DNA from: Haliotis rubra
Lineage: Eukaryota
Assembly (NCBI RefSeq): GCF_003918875.1
Contig: NW_025764948.1
Coordinates: 558,001 to 622,000, forward strand
Reading direction: 5' to 3'
DNA: 64,000 nucleotides
Shown here one piece after another: positions 46,201 to 58,197 of this stretch. The position numbers and the translations under genes are program-made. Every line of letters starts with the position of its first letter. Within the stretch, counting starts at the first letter, position 1. The notes under the pieces were generated by a model, which ran no database searches, was not told where the DNA came from, and was given only the letters and a program-made list of their open reading frames with translations.

Positions 46201-46292
46201 TTTCAGCTTATGTTAATTTGACTCTGTTCTTCAACGGATTCTCAACCCCGGTTTCTAACACGTCGGTGTTTGATGTGCCATCACCATGCTAA
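43242..46292 (+). CDS. Ependymin-related protein (EPDR family, secreted), 5 exons, ~189 aa; +1 frameshift in exon 4 as written
   Basis: Exons 43242-43373, 44455-44571, 45268-45346, 45660-45816, 46207-46292. Signal peptide MVATYIFLICVVSCVVA, then KCCLPNSWQA, YSDFTLKKEA, GKCTS, CIPDSATF(fs)LGESYVG, AWKF, ITVAQDSCTPIFE and C-terminal SVFDVPSPC*, the ependymin Cys/Pro pattern. Poly(A) signal AATAAA at ~46600. Confidence 0.88.
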
Positions 46293-46746
46293 AGACGCCA
46301 CTCAGTGGGTGGTTGCTGGAAGGACCTGCATAACCTTCAGCCAGAGACCCTGTTCTGTTAGATATCAACTGATTTAGACTGTTTACTATGGCTTATTCAA
46401 TAATGTATTAACAGACAGAAGAGAGCCCCATTTACAATCCTTTAAGACAGGTTTGTGGAAAGGGCAATGACAGTACTTGCAGAGATGAACATTACAATAA
46501 TTAATGTTATGATGGGTAAATTATCTGTATGTATGATTTCATGTTAATTCATTTATTATATACACGTCATTGTAACAAGTGGTAATTTCATTTCACGTAA
46601 ATAAAATATTCACTTTACTTTACATCTGCTTGCTTTAACTTGGGGAGAACATTCACTGCCACGTTTCCTGCTGTCAAAGGATCTCAGCACATTTGTTTCT
46701 TTGTCGCACCCAGCGACTTTCTAGGTTTATGACGACAGTCTGGCGA

Positions 46747-46821
46747 TAATCTGACACAGCCGCAACTTCTTATGACACCGCAGCTAATCTGACACAGCCG
46801 CAACTTCTTATGACACCGCAG
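46747..46821. repeat. Exact tandem duplication (~38 bp x2)
   Basis: taatctgacacagccgcaacttcttatgacaccgcagc occurs twice. Confidence 0.85.
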
Positions 46822-47402
46822 CATGAGTGACAGAACACTTCGCATATTGTGCAATGTTTGATTGCTTCCATGCGTCATCATCTGGGCTCATGGTGGTCAT
46901 AAACAATACTGACATTTTGACCACCCATATGTCACTCACGTCTGTGTAAATGTTTCATGTGGTTTACCAGAGATACATGTCTAGTGTTATTATAGTGTCA
47001 TGATCTTTTGTTGCTTGTATCTTGTTTAACAGTTTTGTTATTAAACTTTGAAAGTCAATGTCAAGTATAAATTTTTTATAAGAGTATATAATAGAAGTTA
47101 CAACAAATGGCAGATTATTAATAGCCAATACTGATAGGTCTCTCTTCATTTGATCTCTACTTTCGGGGGCAAAAGTCCCTTGATGTACTAAGGGAGATAA
47201 TCCTTATCTGCGCCAAGAAAGGGTAACAAGAATGATTGACTGAGTTAAATATCATGGTGTGGGATTCCAGAACACAAACTGTACCCCTGTGAATTTAAAA
47301 GACAATAAAGTCTTGTAATGATGAATATATATTTACACATACACAAAGTATGACTTCACAAGTTTAGGTATATACAAAAAAGTAATCAATCATGTTGACA
47401 TC

Positions 47403-50400
47403 TTATGTTTTTCTCCTTGTAATGTGATCATAGATGACAACTTGGATGAATCTTGGTGTCTCTACCACTGTCCGCGTAGAATTGTCTCCTGGAGTCTGAG
47501 CCTGAAACACATTGCCATGGAAAAACATAAATTGAACACACTTCATTGCAATCTCAATAAAACTGACCCCTCAAAATAACAGTAAAAAGGGGTAGTTACT
47601 ACAGAATTGTACCCAAGGTAAAAAACCCGTCACAATACAGAAACGTACCCGGTACTCTAAACGGGTCCATTTTCCACATCCCAAAACTGAAACCGAATAT
47701 AGTTGTTCCTGTTCAACTGGGTGTGAGCGGTATTGTGCATCAGGAAATATTCCCTACTGTGTATGCTCCTTTCTTATATAACACAATAAAATACAACAGC
47801 ATGACAGTTCCGATCAAGAATGCAGAATGGGCTCATCCTGAGGTACGTTTCTCTCTATTCTGATTTATTGCAATAGAAACTTTAGAAAATATGATGTTTC
47901 AAACTGCATTTGTAAAATATATGAATAAAGAACATTAAAACTCATATAAGCTCACATGATGATCTATGGATACTGAGATTCATTTGTGAAGGCAAATGAT
48001 CTTACTGTAGCCAATTTAACATTTAAGATTTGTTGATGTATTCATATTTATCTGCCTTGGACACTATGCTGAAAATGATTGAAGTAATCAATAATGTCAA
48101 CAATGTGATAACAGATATTAGACCATTCATTTTCATTCATTATTTGTAAACCGGATGGGTAACCTTTGTGAATTATCAGCCCAGCTATCTTTATAAAATA
48201 TTTAACACTGGCTCAGGAATGATTTTTGTGTACCAATATATCAATTCTGTAGGAATTGAAAATGAAATTACTAATCTGCTAATTACCATACTGAAATTTT
48301 GAAGAATAGTACGAAACAGCTGAATCCAAATAACAGCATAACATATATACTGAACAATTTTCCATTACACTCTCTTCCCCCCCCCCAATATTCATGGTCG
48401 CCTATGCTCAAGTACAGTATACTATATATAGGTCTAAGCAGTACGGATCACTGAGTCTCAACAACTTCTAAAGTTATGCTAGTTTTGTGTAATCATCTCT
48501 TTGTATTTTCTAAATTTCAAGAAACTTATTTTTGGATTTGTAAATTCTTTGTCATGTGAAAGATTCAGGAAAAGACTGATTCTAGTTTGTGCTCATGTAT
48601 ACACCGATGCTTTTTAACTTGTGACCCGACCAGCAATGGTTCGCAATTCCCTGACCAACAATGCCAATTTCACTCAAGTTATGGGGTATTGATAGTGTTT
48701 TTGGATGAAAAATGTTCAACTCACCTTTGGATCAACATTGATAATTTTCCGGTCTCTCTTGTTCTTGAAGAGCAAACCTGAGGCATTTTCAGCTATGACC
48801 TGGTAGTTGGGTGTTGGGTTGGAGGTGGACGTCTGAGTTTCCCAGTTGTAGAAGCTAGGTAATAAGTGCACTTTATAAGAAGCTACACAATTTATATCAA
48901 TTTTCACTGATCAGAAGCTACACTACATATATCTTTTGTTACATGGTACAGCTGCATAACATATATCCTTTGTTACAATCAGAAACTATACAACATGTAT
49001 CCGTTGTCAAAATTCAGAAGCTACACAACATATCCATTGTTACACACAAGAAGCTACACAACCTTTTCCCTTAGTTTCAGAAGATAAAACCAACTACACA
49101 AATTGAAAAGTCTTATTCAGATTTTAAATATTTAGTTTTTCCAAACCTAATGTAAACATGAAATAATAAAAGGTCTGTCCTTAGACTGTAATTCAAACAT
49201 AACCAATTTGTGTCAAACTATATGTGAGTTACAGACATTTTAGGCTGTAATGTCCCTCAGGTCTGATGGTCGAGGCAACAATCTCTTGCGACCTCCAAAA
49301 TAAGGCTCGAAATCCTCAGTCTTCAAACGATGAGCGTAGTCTATGTATCCAGAAATCTCCTGGCCTCTGGCATTTTTTGTCGCGGATGAATATAATTGTC
49401 TGAAAGTTGACAATTGTTAAACAATGACATACTTATATACACATAACGGATGAAGCTGTAGAAATCTAAATCCACAGTACTTCTTCAGTTACATCATTAT
49501 GTGTCAGCTTCATGTTGCACTAAAACCAAACTGAGATGAAGAGGCAGATTGTAGATGCAGTTTCAGCTGAATGACTAATAAAATTACAAAGAATTGTAAC
49601 TGTGCAAATATTGGATTTCAAACCACAACCTAAGGGATGCAAATGTGCACAATACATTAAAGTGAGCCATTCCCAATATGCAAATGTATTTCAGACTCAG
49701 TACAGGTCAACAATGCAACATTCAATACTTTGATAAACCAAGATGAACTTTAAACAAAAGTGTAATATTTTATGGTCTCTGGTAGATAGGCGAGTAAAAT
49801 GATTGGTTGGTCACACTTGCTGATTTGTTTGTCCATGTGTCTATGTGTGTCTGTTTGTACCCCCTGTACCCCTCTTGGATCTGCCAGTGACATGGATAGG
49901 TATATCATTGGCATTGTGAACCCTCATGGTATGCAAGGCTTGTATCTGATTCTCGTCTTGTTTCTAGCTAGGTGTCCCTAATATTCTACACTGCCCACGC
50001 AGCCTTTCTATGTTCCACAGTTCAAGTATCAAAGAAGTAGGTGGATGGCTAACTTACTGTCATCTTGCCACTTCTGTTGGCTTCCTCTCTCTGAGCCAGA
50101 GCTTTTGAGAAAGGATCTTTCAGGTCCTTGCCAGAGCTTGCAAGTGTTCTGTGACAACATAACAGCAGAGTGAGTAATCACAATAATTGATCATCAAATG
50201 TCAACTTAAGCATCATAAGCCTTATGTTTTGTTTTCATATTGGTGACTGCTTTTGTCATTTTCAAAATGATGCAGAGAATGCATGTGATGGATGTTGACT
50301 GGGATGATTTTGTCTTCACTGATCAATACAAAGTTTGTGTACTGGGATTTCTTTTAGTCTATATACCACTAACAGTCAGTTCATCACATACAAAGTGTCA

Positions 50401-51620
50401 CATATCAAACCAAAAATATATTAATTTCTACTTTTTTAATGCTTACGGTAAGGAGATTGAGAATAGCACCCTCAGCCTTCACTAAGCCATGAGGTTACTG
50501 CACCCTTACATAGAACATCATCATGGAATGTCGCAGCAAATTAGGAATTGAGTATAACAGGTACACGTGAACAGGTTTAATATGCTTAAACATTAATCAC
50601 TAACATGTACAAACATGTGATGAAAAACACAAGACACGCAAAAATCATGATATAGTTCAGATTTATAGCATCCTCTTGGACAATGTCTCATTTAGCATCA
50701 TCAACAGACAGTGGGTCATTGAACTTGAAGGGTAAGATATAATAAATCATATATACTAAACACACTTCTGTTGGCTGCGTTTTGAAAGTCTGCTAGCCTC
50801 TGCTGCCCTCTTTCTGGCCTCAAATTCCTCACGCTTGAGAACCTCTCCACTGCCCTGTAGCCCAGTTCCACCAATTGACGTGCAAGTTCTTCATCCTATG
50901 AAAGAAATCAACATCAATGAGAAAGACTCCCAGCAAATGTAGGAAGTGAACAACTGCAGCAATTTGAGACTTTCTCAAGTCCAAATGGTCATGGTTAAAA
51001 TTAAAAATCTTGTTTCAAGGTAAATACTACATCCGCCATGTAAAAATATCAAAACTGAAAAAGTACGAACTTAATCATGGCACGTATGAGCACAATATTG
51101 AAGAAAGTGTCATTATTATGCATGTTGGAACATCACTGGGTGATTTATTTGCCAGGCCATTGAGGAAGAAAACCACATTCCATTCCTAAAAAATGGTTCC
51201 TTATCCACTAAGGTGTACAAACACGTACATTTAGCTGAACCCTGTAATAAACCCCATTATGTATGAGGATAATTATTACAAAATGAGATCTCCATCCCCA
51301 GGCGACTTGTTAGGCAACGGAATTACGAACAATAATGAAGGATTTATCTGTAATAGGATGTGGAAAAGTAAAATAGATCATGTATCGCCTTGACGAAAAA
51401 TTCAATTTTGACCCAAAGACATTCGTCTCATGACAAATCATATCTCACTATAGAACGAACTTTGCAGCCCCAAACAAAACAATACTGATTACCAAGTTAT
51501 AAAAAATACAACCTCGAGATAATATAAATCCAAGGACGTTATCTGTGAATCCAGAAAATCTTCATATGTGCTGAATTCTGTAACAATATTGTCACTTCCA
51601 CTCGGTACCTCCTCCTCCAT
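47403..51620 (-). CDS. CFAP299: Cilia- and flagella-associated protein 299 (C4orf22 orthologue), 6 exons, 233 aa after correcting apparent lesions
   Basis: Exons 51513-51620, 50766-50895, 50058-50148, 49256-49399, 48725-48854, 47403-47501: [50 protein letters not shown](G)[14 protein letters not shown]../[153 protein letters not shown]. This closely matches the vertebrate CFAP299 sequence as I recall it. As written it has a -1 indel in exon 2, a +1 indel in exon 4 and a GG donor after exon 4. Confidence 0.93.
48910..49065. repeat. Degenerate ~34-bp minisatellite in CFAP299 intron 4
   Basis: Recurrent agaagctacacaacatatcc.ttgttaca units. Confidence 0.55.
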
Positions 51621-51868
51621 CCTGAAGATTGTTTACATGAGACCTCTCGCCAACAAGGAATCGACGGATATACCGACGTGAAAGAAAATAGTGCATTATT
51701 AAATGTTAATCTCTTCAATGATATAATCATACTACATATACAATTTTATAAAGGTTGGTGATTTTTGCATACATAAACTTTAGAGCATGCAAACAAAGCT
51801 CGTTTATACTTTTTATAGCTGTGTTTCAATGACGACACATAATACCGGTACTCGCGTAAGGATATATA

Positions 51869-51911
51869 GTTTTGCATAGCAACCTGAATGGAGTCACGTT
51901 TTCATGGAAAC
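51869..51911. promoter_or_regulatory. Paired RFX X-boxes in the bidirectional promoter between CFAP299 and the divergent gene
   Basis: GTTTTGCATAGCAAC (51869-51883) and GTTTTCATGGAAAC (51898-51911) about 250-290 bp upstream of the CFAP299 ATG. A + strand donor AAT|gtaagt at ~52188 suggests a divergent non-coding first exon. Confidence 0.65.
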
Positions 51912-53374
51912 TGGCGGGATGGTGACGCCAAAGTTTGAATGTCAAAATAGCGAAAGGACTGAATTGACATGTCGTCCCGATAGTATCATTTAAATCTTGA
52001 TAGAATAATTGATATTTTGTGAATTACTATCTCCAAGACGACCTCTGCTCTGAGTCCGTGGCTGCATGTCGGCTGCTATGGACAGTGTCAAAGTTGCCGT
52101 TTTGTAGTCACTAGAGGAGAAATCAACACGTGCAAGGAGCAACAACTTAGGGTCTTTCTGTTAGATTATTTAACAGCGACAATAAAATGTAAGTATCTTC
52201 AGCTCCTATGCCCTTATATCGTGTATTCAGTGTTTGTTTACAGAGGGCACCTGCTTTTATTAACAAAGGGCACCTGCTATTTAACTCAGTAACTGTTCAG
52301 AGAAATTTGCATATCATGACAAGATCTTTTCAGCCTGTCAGTGTGTTGGTTGTATCTTCGCAATTGTCACATTTTCTTCAGTTACATGTTTGGCTTTTAT
52401 CAGATTATGAGTTATTTGAGATACTGTAACATACTTTTCAAAATTTCCCATAATATAATATTTTAGCTCACTCAGTTGGAGTCAGAAATGGTAACTAGGT
52501 TGCATGAATGTAGAGTTCATACATGCCACACGTGTAAACAAATTGATCTTGTGTTTTTAATTAATTCATTGTATGTGTTTCTTTCTATCAGATCTGAAAA
52601 GTTCACAAATGATTGCATAAACAGCATGGTTTAAGTCATCTTGTATGCCTTAATTTACTCTCAGCAGAGACAATATATTATGTTATTATATAGTCTCTGC
52701 TCTCAGACATGTGTGAGTTTATTTACTAAAATTATTTGTGTGCTGGCATGTTGAAATTTTAAGATTTTATATTTAGGATTCCAAACTAAATCACTATTGA
52801 AAAGAAAAGAGCCACATTTTTTAAGATTAGGTGTTTATACCCATTGTATTTTTGTAAGTTCAGATGTATTGGGAAACGTTTAATTCAAATTAGAAATTTT
52901 TTGTCATTTGCCAAAGGCTTGGGGCCAAATATCGGCCACTAAGCATGTCTAGTTATATCTCCGAAAATTCTCTTTGAACACAATTTAATGTATATATGCC
53001 CATACATTAAAGTTTGAAAACTCCAAATGTTTGGGTCTTCTGGACTACTATTTACTGACTGGTGTCATAAAGCTGGAAGATTGTGGCATTAAACAACAAA
53101 GAATTGAACAAACCAGACCCCGGCTTAGGACTAGTGGCTGTGGATAAAGACTATATGTAGAATGCAGCACTGCTGTTCTCGGGCATATACTGGGTATTGA
53201 CCAATAAAATGTAGCATGGCTTGTTTACTGAATGGTTGTCAATCTCTATGTCAGTAGAAATATGGTATGCCTTCTGACTTCAACATGTTATCTGACTACA
53301 AACAGTGTACCTACTTTTGGTGTGGTGTATTAATGTACTTTGGTCTCCAAAAATAATCAGGGATATATAATTAA

Positions 53375-53700
53375 GGCCTAAAAAAATATGTTGTGGTTCC
53401 GATAACCCGACCGACCGTTGAATTCTGGTGCCGACCCTATTGTTTTTAAGCGGAATGAATAAAATAAGCTTTCAGATAACATTGTTTTTGTGCCGGCACC
53501 AACAGATATCTGTCATTCTGATAGAGAAAGTCGATATGATGGCCACATGCTTGATTGAATAAACAATTACACATTGATAATGTGTTATTAGTTTGTACTT
53601 TACTTCTAAAAAAAATATGTAAAAATTTTTTATTTCTGACCTACCTAACCTAAATTTTAAAGAGGTGTAATCGGAACCACAACATTTTGTTTATTTGGCC
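53375..53700. mobile_element. Harbinger/Tourist-like MITE
   Basis: TAA|ggcc..aaaa..tgttgtggttccgat ... atcggaaccacaaca..ttt..ggcc|TAA inverted termini with TAA TSD. Confidence 0.75.
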
Positions 53701-54411
53701 TAATGTGAAATAACACAGGGATATCTTTTGTAAAATTTAACATCTTGGATTCTTTGTGACAGATGAAGTATCAAAACTTGATGGTTTGCTTTCATGTGGA
53801 AGGGTATTTTTTGCAGCCACTGCTCAGCAGTAAATTAAGCATGGTGTGAGAGTGACTGGGATACGTGTGACATGTTTCAAGATCCTAGTTACAAACAAAA
53901 GCACATGATCCAGAAAATACTTCTCAGAAACACTCACTGAACATTTTGAACAGAATGTAAAGGTGAAACTAAAACAGACTGGCCAAATTGAGTATATCCA
54001 GAATTTTCATGTAGATTTTGGAAGAAATTGGCTATGTTATGTTTTTTGTCGACTTGATAGTCTGTGAGAATTGTTATCATTTAATTAACTCTGCTCAATA
54101 TTGATAATCTCTCATGTTGGAGTTGGCTGATGTTGTAGTGTGAAAGGTCAGTATTAACACGACCAGGTAGTCTGATGTCTCATCACTGAGACTGATAAGA
54201 AATATGCATCTTTTGTGACTGACGTGATTGACCATGCAATTTGACTATGGAATTAGTTTTGATAAACTTTGTTTAATTTTCCTTTACCACTGAACCACAG
54301 TTTTAGAGAAAGATATGTGAATATACTGTAAATGTGACTGTACCCTAGGGTCCTGGTCAACCAGTTGTTCTTCCAGTCTATGTTTTTGCCAGCTTATACA
54401 AGAAGTGATGG

Positions 54412-54628
54412 CAGGGGTGAAACGGTATACCACAGTATTTTCCATTTGGTTCATTTTACCGAGGTGCAATCCAAAAATATGGTATTTTCAGTTTTCGTAC
54501 CATCATTTTATTAACCTTTTTAAACCTTTTCCAAAGTGCCTGGAAATTGAATCATTTTGTCAAAATCTGTCTAGGTAGGACTTTTTCCACAATTCGTATC
54601 GTGGTAAGAGCATACCGTTTCACCCCTA
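54412..54628. mobile_element. hAT-like MITE
   Basis: TIR aggggtgaaacggtat / ataccgtttcacccct; 8-bp TSD agtgatgg/aatgatgg. Confidence 0.7.
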
Positions 54629-55854
54629 AATGATGGTACTGGAAATTTCTTCTGAATAGATTTGATAGATATATATGAATATATTAAAATAGTAACATAT
54701 TAGAGGTACATTGTTCTTGAATCAGCATCTGTTTCTATTATTTACTACCAAGTTTGGATTCATGTTTCAATAAACCAACAATCAGCAGATTGTTTTAGTA
54801 CACATCTTGAGATACACTAAGCAGCTCGTTGTGTAAACCCATGGGATCTGAGTATTGATTGTAGTTGTACAGGTGTTCCGTTTAGATGTGGTATCAGTTG
54901 CTCCAACCCACCACTGTCATGTATTATTAACAAATCCTGCTTCTTGGTATCTGTAGACAGAAGTCAGGGAGCGTTTGGTGGTTGTACTACACTCAATCAA
55001 TTAGGTATGTTCCGATCCAGACATACTTCACCATATGGGGCATCTCTTTGTGATCATCACTAACCAGTATCTTTGTCTGGATGTAAATTGTCCACCTAAA
55101 TGTATCGGTGTAGCTGTTTTGCATGTTCTGGTCTGTTTGGTGATTCCTGGAAATTAAACATTAAAACTTTATGGTTCTAAGATGTTGGCTTTTCCAGGGA
55201 TGTACTGCAGACACCATGAGTTATGATCCACAATGGACTGATGGTTCACATGACACAGCGAGGGTAGGGGAGAAGTAGTTCCTCCAGATGCTAGGTAGCT
55301 TGGCAACTGTGACCCAGTCCAAGTAGGTTAGTCAAGAATGCAGCATTCAAGTTAACTTAGGTCTACGTGTTTGAGAACAGTTCAGTAAGGACTCATGCCG
55401 TTTCCTTTTGGACTACCATTTGGACCTATGCAGACATTTGAATATAAGTAAATCTCTCTCTGAAATACTTTTGAAATGTCATTATGAATGACCATAGCAA
55501 CATGCATGTTCATAATAGACATAATTCTAACCTCTTTCTCTTTGGTAGTTGAAAAATAGTCCCCTTGTTGGTACACTTAAATTTGAAAGGGCACACCAAA
55601 ACATCTTCCGGAGTGCCTAATTTGAAAATATTTTAAAAAGAACTCCCTTACTTTATCATACATACACTACTGTAAATACGTTAAAGATCACCTATGGTTT
55701 TCTCATGACTACAGGTAATCGATCATGCCAGGATAAAGTGTTCTTAACTTCATGTGAGTAGTATATGTAACCTCAGGAGGGTTTCCTCAGTCCTTGGACC
55801 AGCCTGTGTCTAGTTGTATATGATTGATGATGTAGGTAGTCCCTGATGAGACGA

Positions 55855-56000
55855 TGGGGGTGGTCTTATGGTTAAGGTGTTTGCTTGTTCTGCTGAAAGT
55901 GTTGGTTCGATTCCACACTTTCTTATGAGTCCCATTTCTGGTTTCCTTAACAAGAATTTTGCTCCAAGCAGTGTAATTTCTGTAAAACCATACTCACTCA
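55855..56000 (+). mobile_element. Decayed tRNA-derived SINE
   Basis: tggttaaggtgtttgct..ggttcgattccac..cccatttctgg..gtaaaaccatactcactca; same family as 3447-3617. Confidence 0.65.
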
Positions 56001-57549
56001 TAATGAGAATTACTGTTTATTTCAGCCAAGATGTGAGTGAGAGATGTGGTTATTTCTGTGAATGTTCTGAACCAGAACTTAAGGTGAAGGGTCATGATGA
56101 CATTGTGTTGTTCAGATTACAATGTGTACTCAACTGTAAGCTGTATGTATAGAAGTCAGGCAGTTTGTGTGGGGATCACATTAACATCAGTAGTGTGGAT
56201 GATGTTACTGTCATGGCTTGGCTCAAGCAAGCAATATGTTTACCTACACTCTGTTTGCATTGATACAGGAATATGTTAGGATATCATAAATGTTAGCTGC
56301 TAAATAACATGAGTAGAACTTGTGTTCGGTTCTGGAAAAAGCCAAAAAAACATTCTGAGCTGAGGTTATTGACTACCATTAGAAGTAGGATAAAATTTGA
56401 TTGACACTCAACAGAAGGAAACAGCTGTTCTCTGTCTTTATTGGGTCAGCTCGCCCTAATACACCTGTCGCTACACAGTGTGCACATGGTTTTGCAAATC
56501 TTGTGCTTTTCATGTTCTGTATTTGATGACATCGTTGCACAGCTTAACATCGTCACTTGAAATATTGCCACTGAGGGAGAAAACTTCCATAACACTTCAG
56601 TCAGCAGTTAGGAATTAGTATGTGGAAATTAACTTCCATTATGTCATGATACCATTCTTGTAATATTCACTTTCATGGAATTGATAGAAGGTGTAGTGTG
56701 GGGGATTTTTCATTGGTTTAAGAGTATTTTTTGTGTCTGTTCTGCCTTATTAAATGTTAGACGTCATTACTTTGACTTGTTGATTATTTAGTGGGGAATA
56801 AGACCTACCTCATTCCCGCTTAGTATTTTTTTTTTGCATCTGAAAAATGGCCAGTTCCATTGTTGATACTTCAGGAGTTTATTTAAGATTTCAAACAAGT
56901 GTCTTTGATAGACAAAATGAAGAAACATTGGTAGTTTGTTTAAAATTGTATATTGTATTTTATCATCGTGCTACATTCAGTGTTAATGTTTAAATAAGCT
57001 GAAAGGCATGATGTCAGGCTTTTTCGACAATATTTTTGCCTATATTTTATACATTGGGGGCATATGCCCTCACTTCAGCTTCTTATTGATGTTGAAACTT
57101 CGAGGCAAACAGCTTCCAATAAAAAAAACTTGCCATATATGGAATGTAAACGATTGCTCCGCACATCGAAAACTGTCGCACGCAGTTTTGTCGACATTTG
57201 CCGAACTGGTTTCAATCACAAGTTGTGCGTAGGATATTCGTAACAAGAGCTCTAATGGACATAACTCTATGGCGTTTGCTTGAAATGATGTTCGTCTGGT
57301 AGAGGGCGTGAGAGTCGTTTTAATGCAACATTGCATTAATTCATTTGAACTTTTTAATTTAATTTTGTAATCTAAATACGTAAATAGCGTATCTTAGGGT
57401 AGCGTCTCTGGGGGCTGATAGTTAGTATTATTGAGAGAAATGCATTATGTATTTTCAGAGAAATGCGTGTGACATTGTACCTTTAAACATGTTAAAACCT
57501 CATTGTTTCGGACCTCTGATATTGATGATTGAAATACAAAGTCCCATCA

Positions 57550-58197
57550 ATATTATTATCACCCGCCGAGCGTTTAGTGCGAAGCGTGGATATAGTATTA
57601 GGCTCCGTCCATACGTACAAATTGAAATATCTTAAAAACCGTTGACTAGATTCTTTTCATATTTAGTACCTAGGTTCATCACAGTATAAGAAAGGTCCCA
57701 GTCAGGTTTGGTGACCTTGACCTTAATTTCAAGGTCACAAGGGGACTTTAACGTTTTACCCTTGTGAGCGAGATATCTCAAGAACCGTTCACTAGATTTT
57801 CTTCATATTGAACACCAAGCTTTTTTTAGGGAAGGCGCAAGGCCCAGTTGATTTTGGTGACCTTCACTGAAGTTTCAAGGTCATGGCGACACTTTGAATG
57901 TATCAGCATATTAACCTGCATGTTATACTTGTCAGCGAGATACCTCAAGAACCATTCACTGGATTTTCTTCATATTTGACACCAAGCTTCATCTAGGGAA
58001 GGCGCAGGGCCCAGTTGATTTTGGTGACCTTCACTTAATTTTAAGGTCACAGTGACACTTTGAAGATTTCAGTGTGTTAACCTGCATGTTAGATGGTCAG
58101 CGAGATATCTCAAGAAGCATTCACTGGATTTTCTTCATATTTGACACCAAGCTTCATCTAGGGAAAGTGCAAGGCCCAGTCTATTTTGGTGACCTTT
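57550..58197. mobile_element. Helentron/HINE-like element with ~166-bp internal tandem repeats
   Basis: 5' tattatcacccgccgagcg..gcgaagcgtggatatag..tccgtcc motif, tgaccttgacct..tcaaggtca inverted motif, and units gagatatctcaagaacc.ttcact.gattttcttcatatt at ~57625, 57770, 57937 and 58102. Confidence 0.7.
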
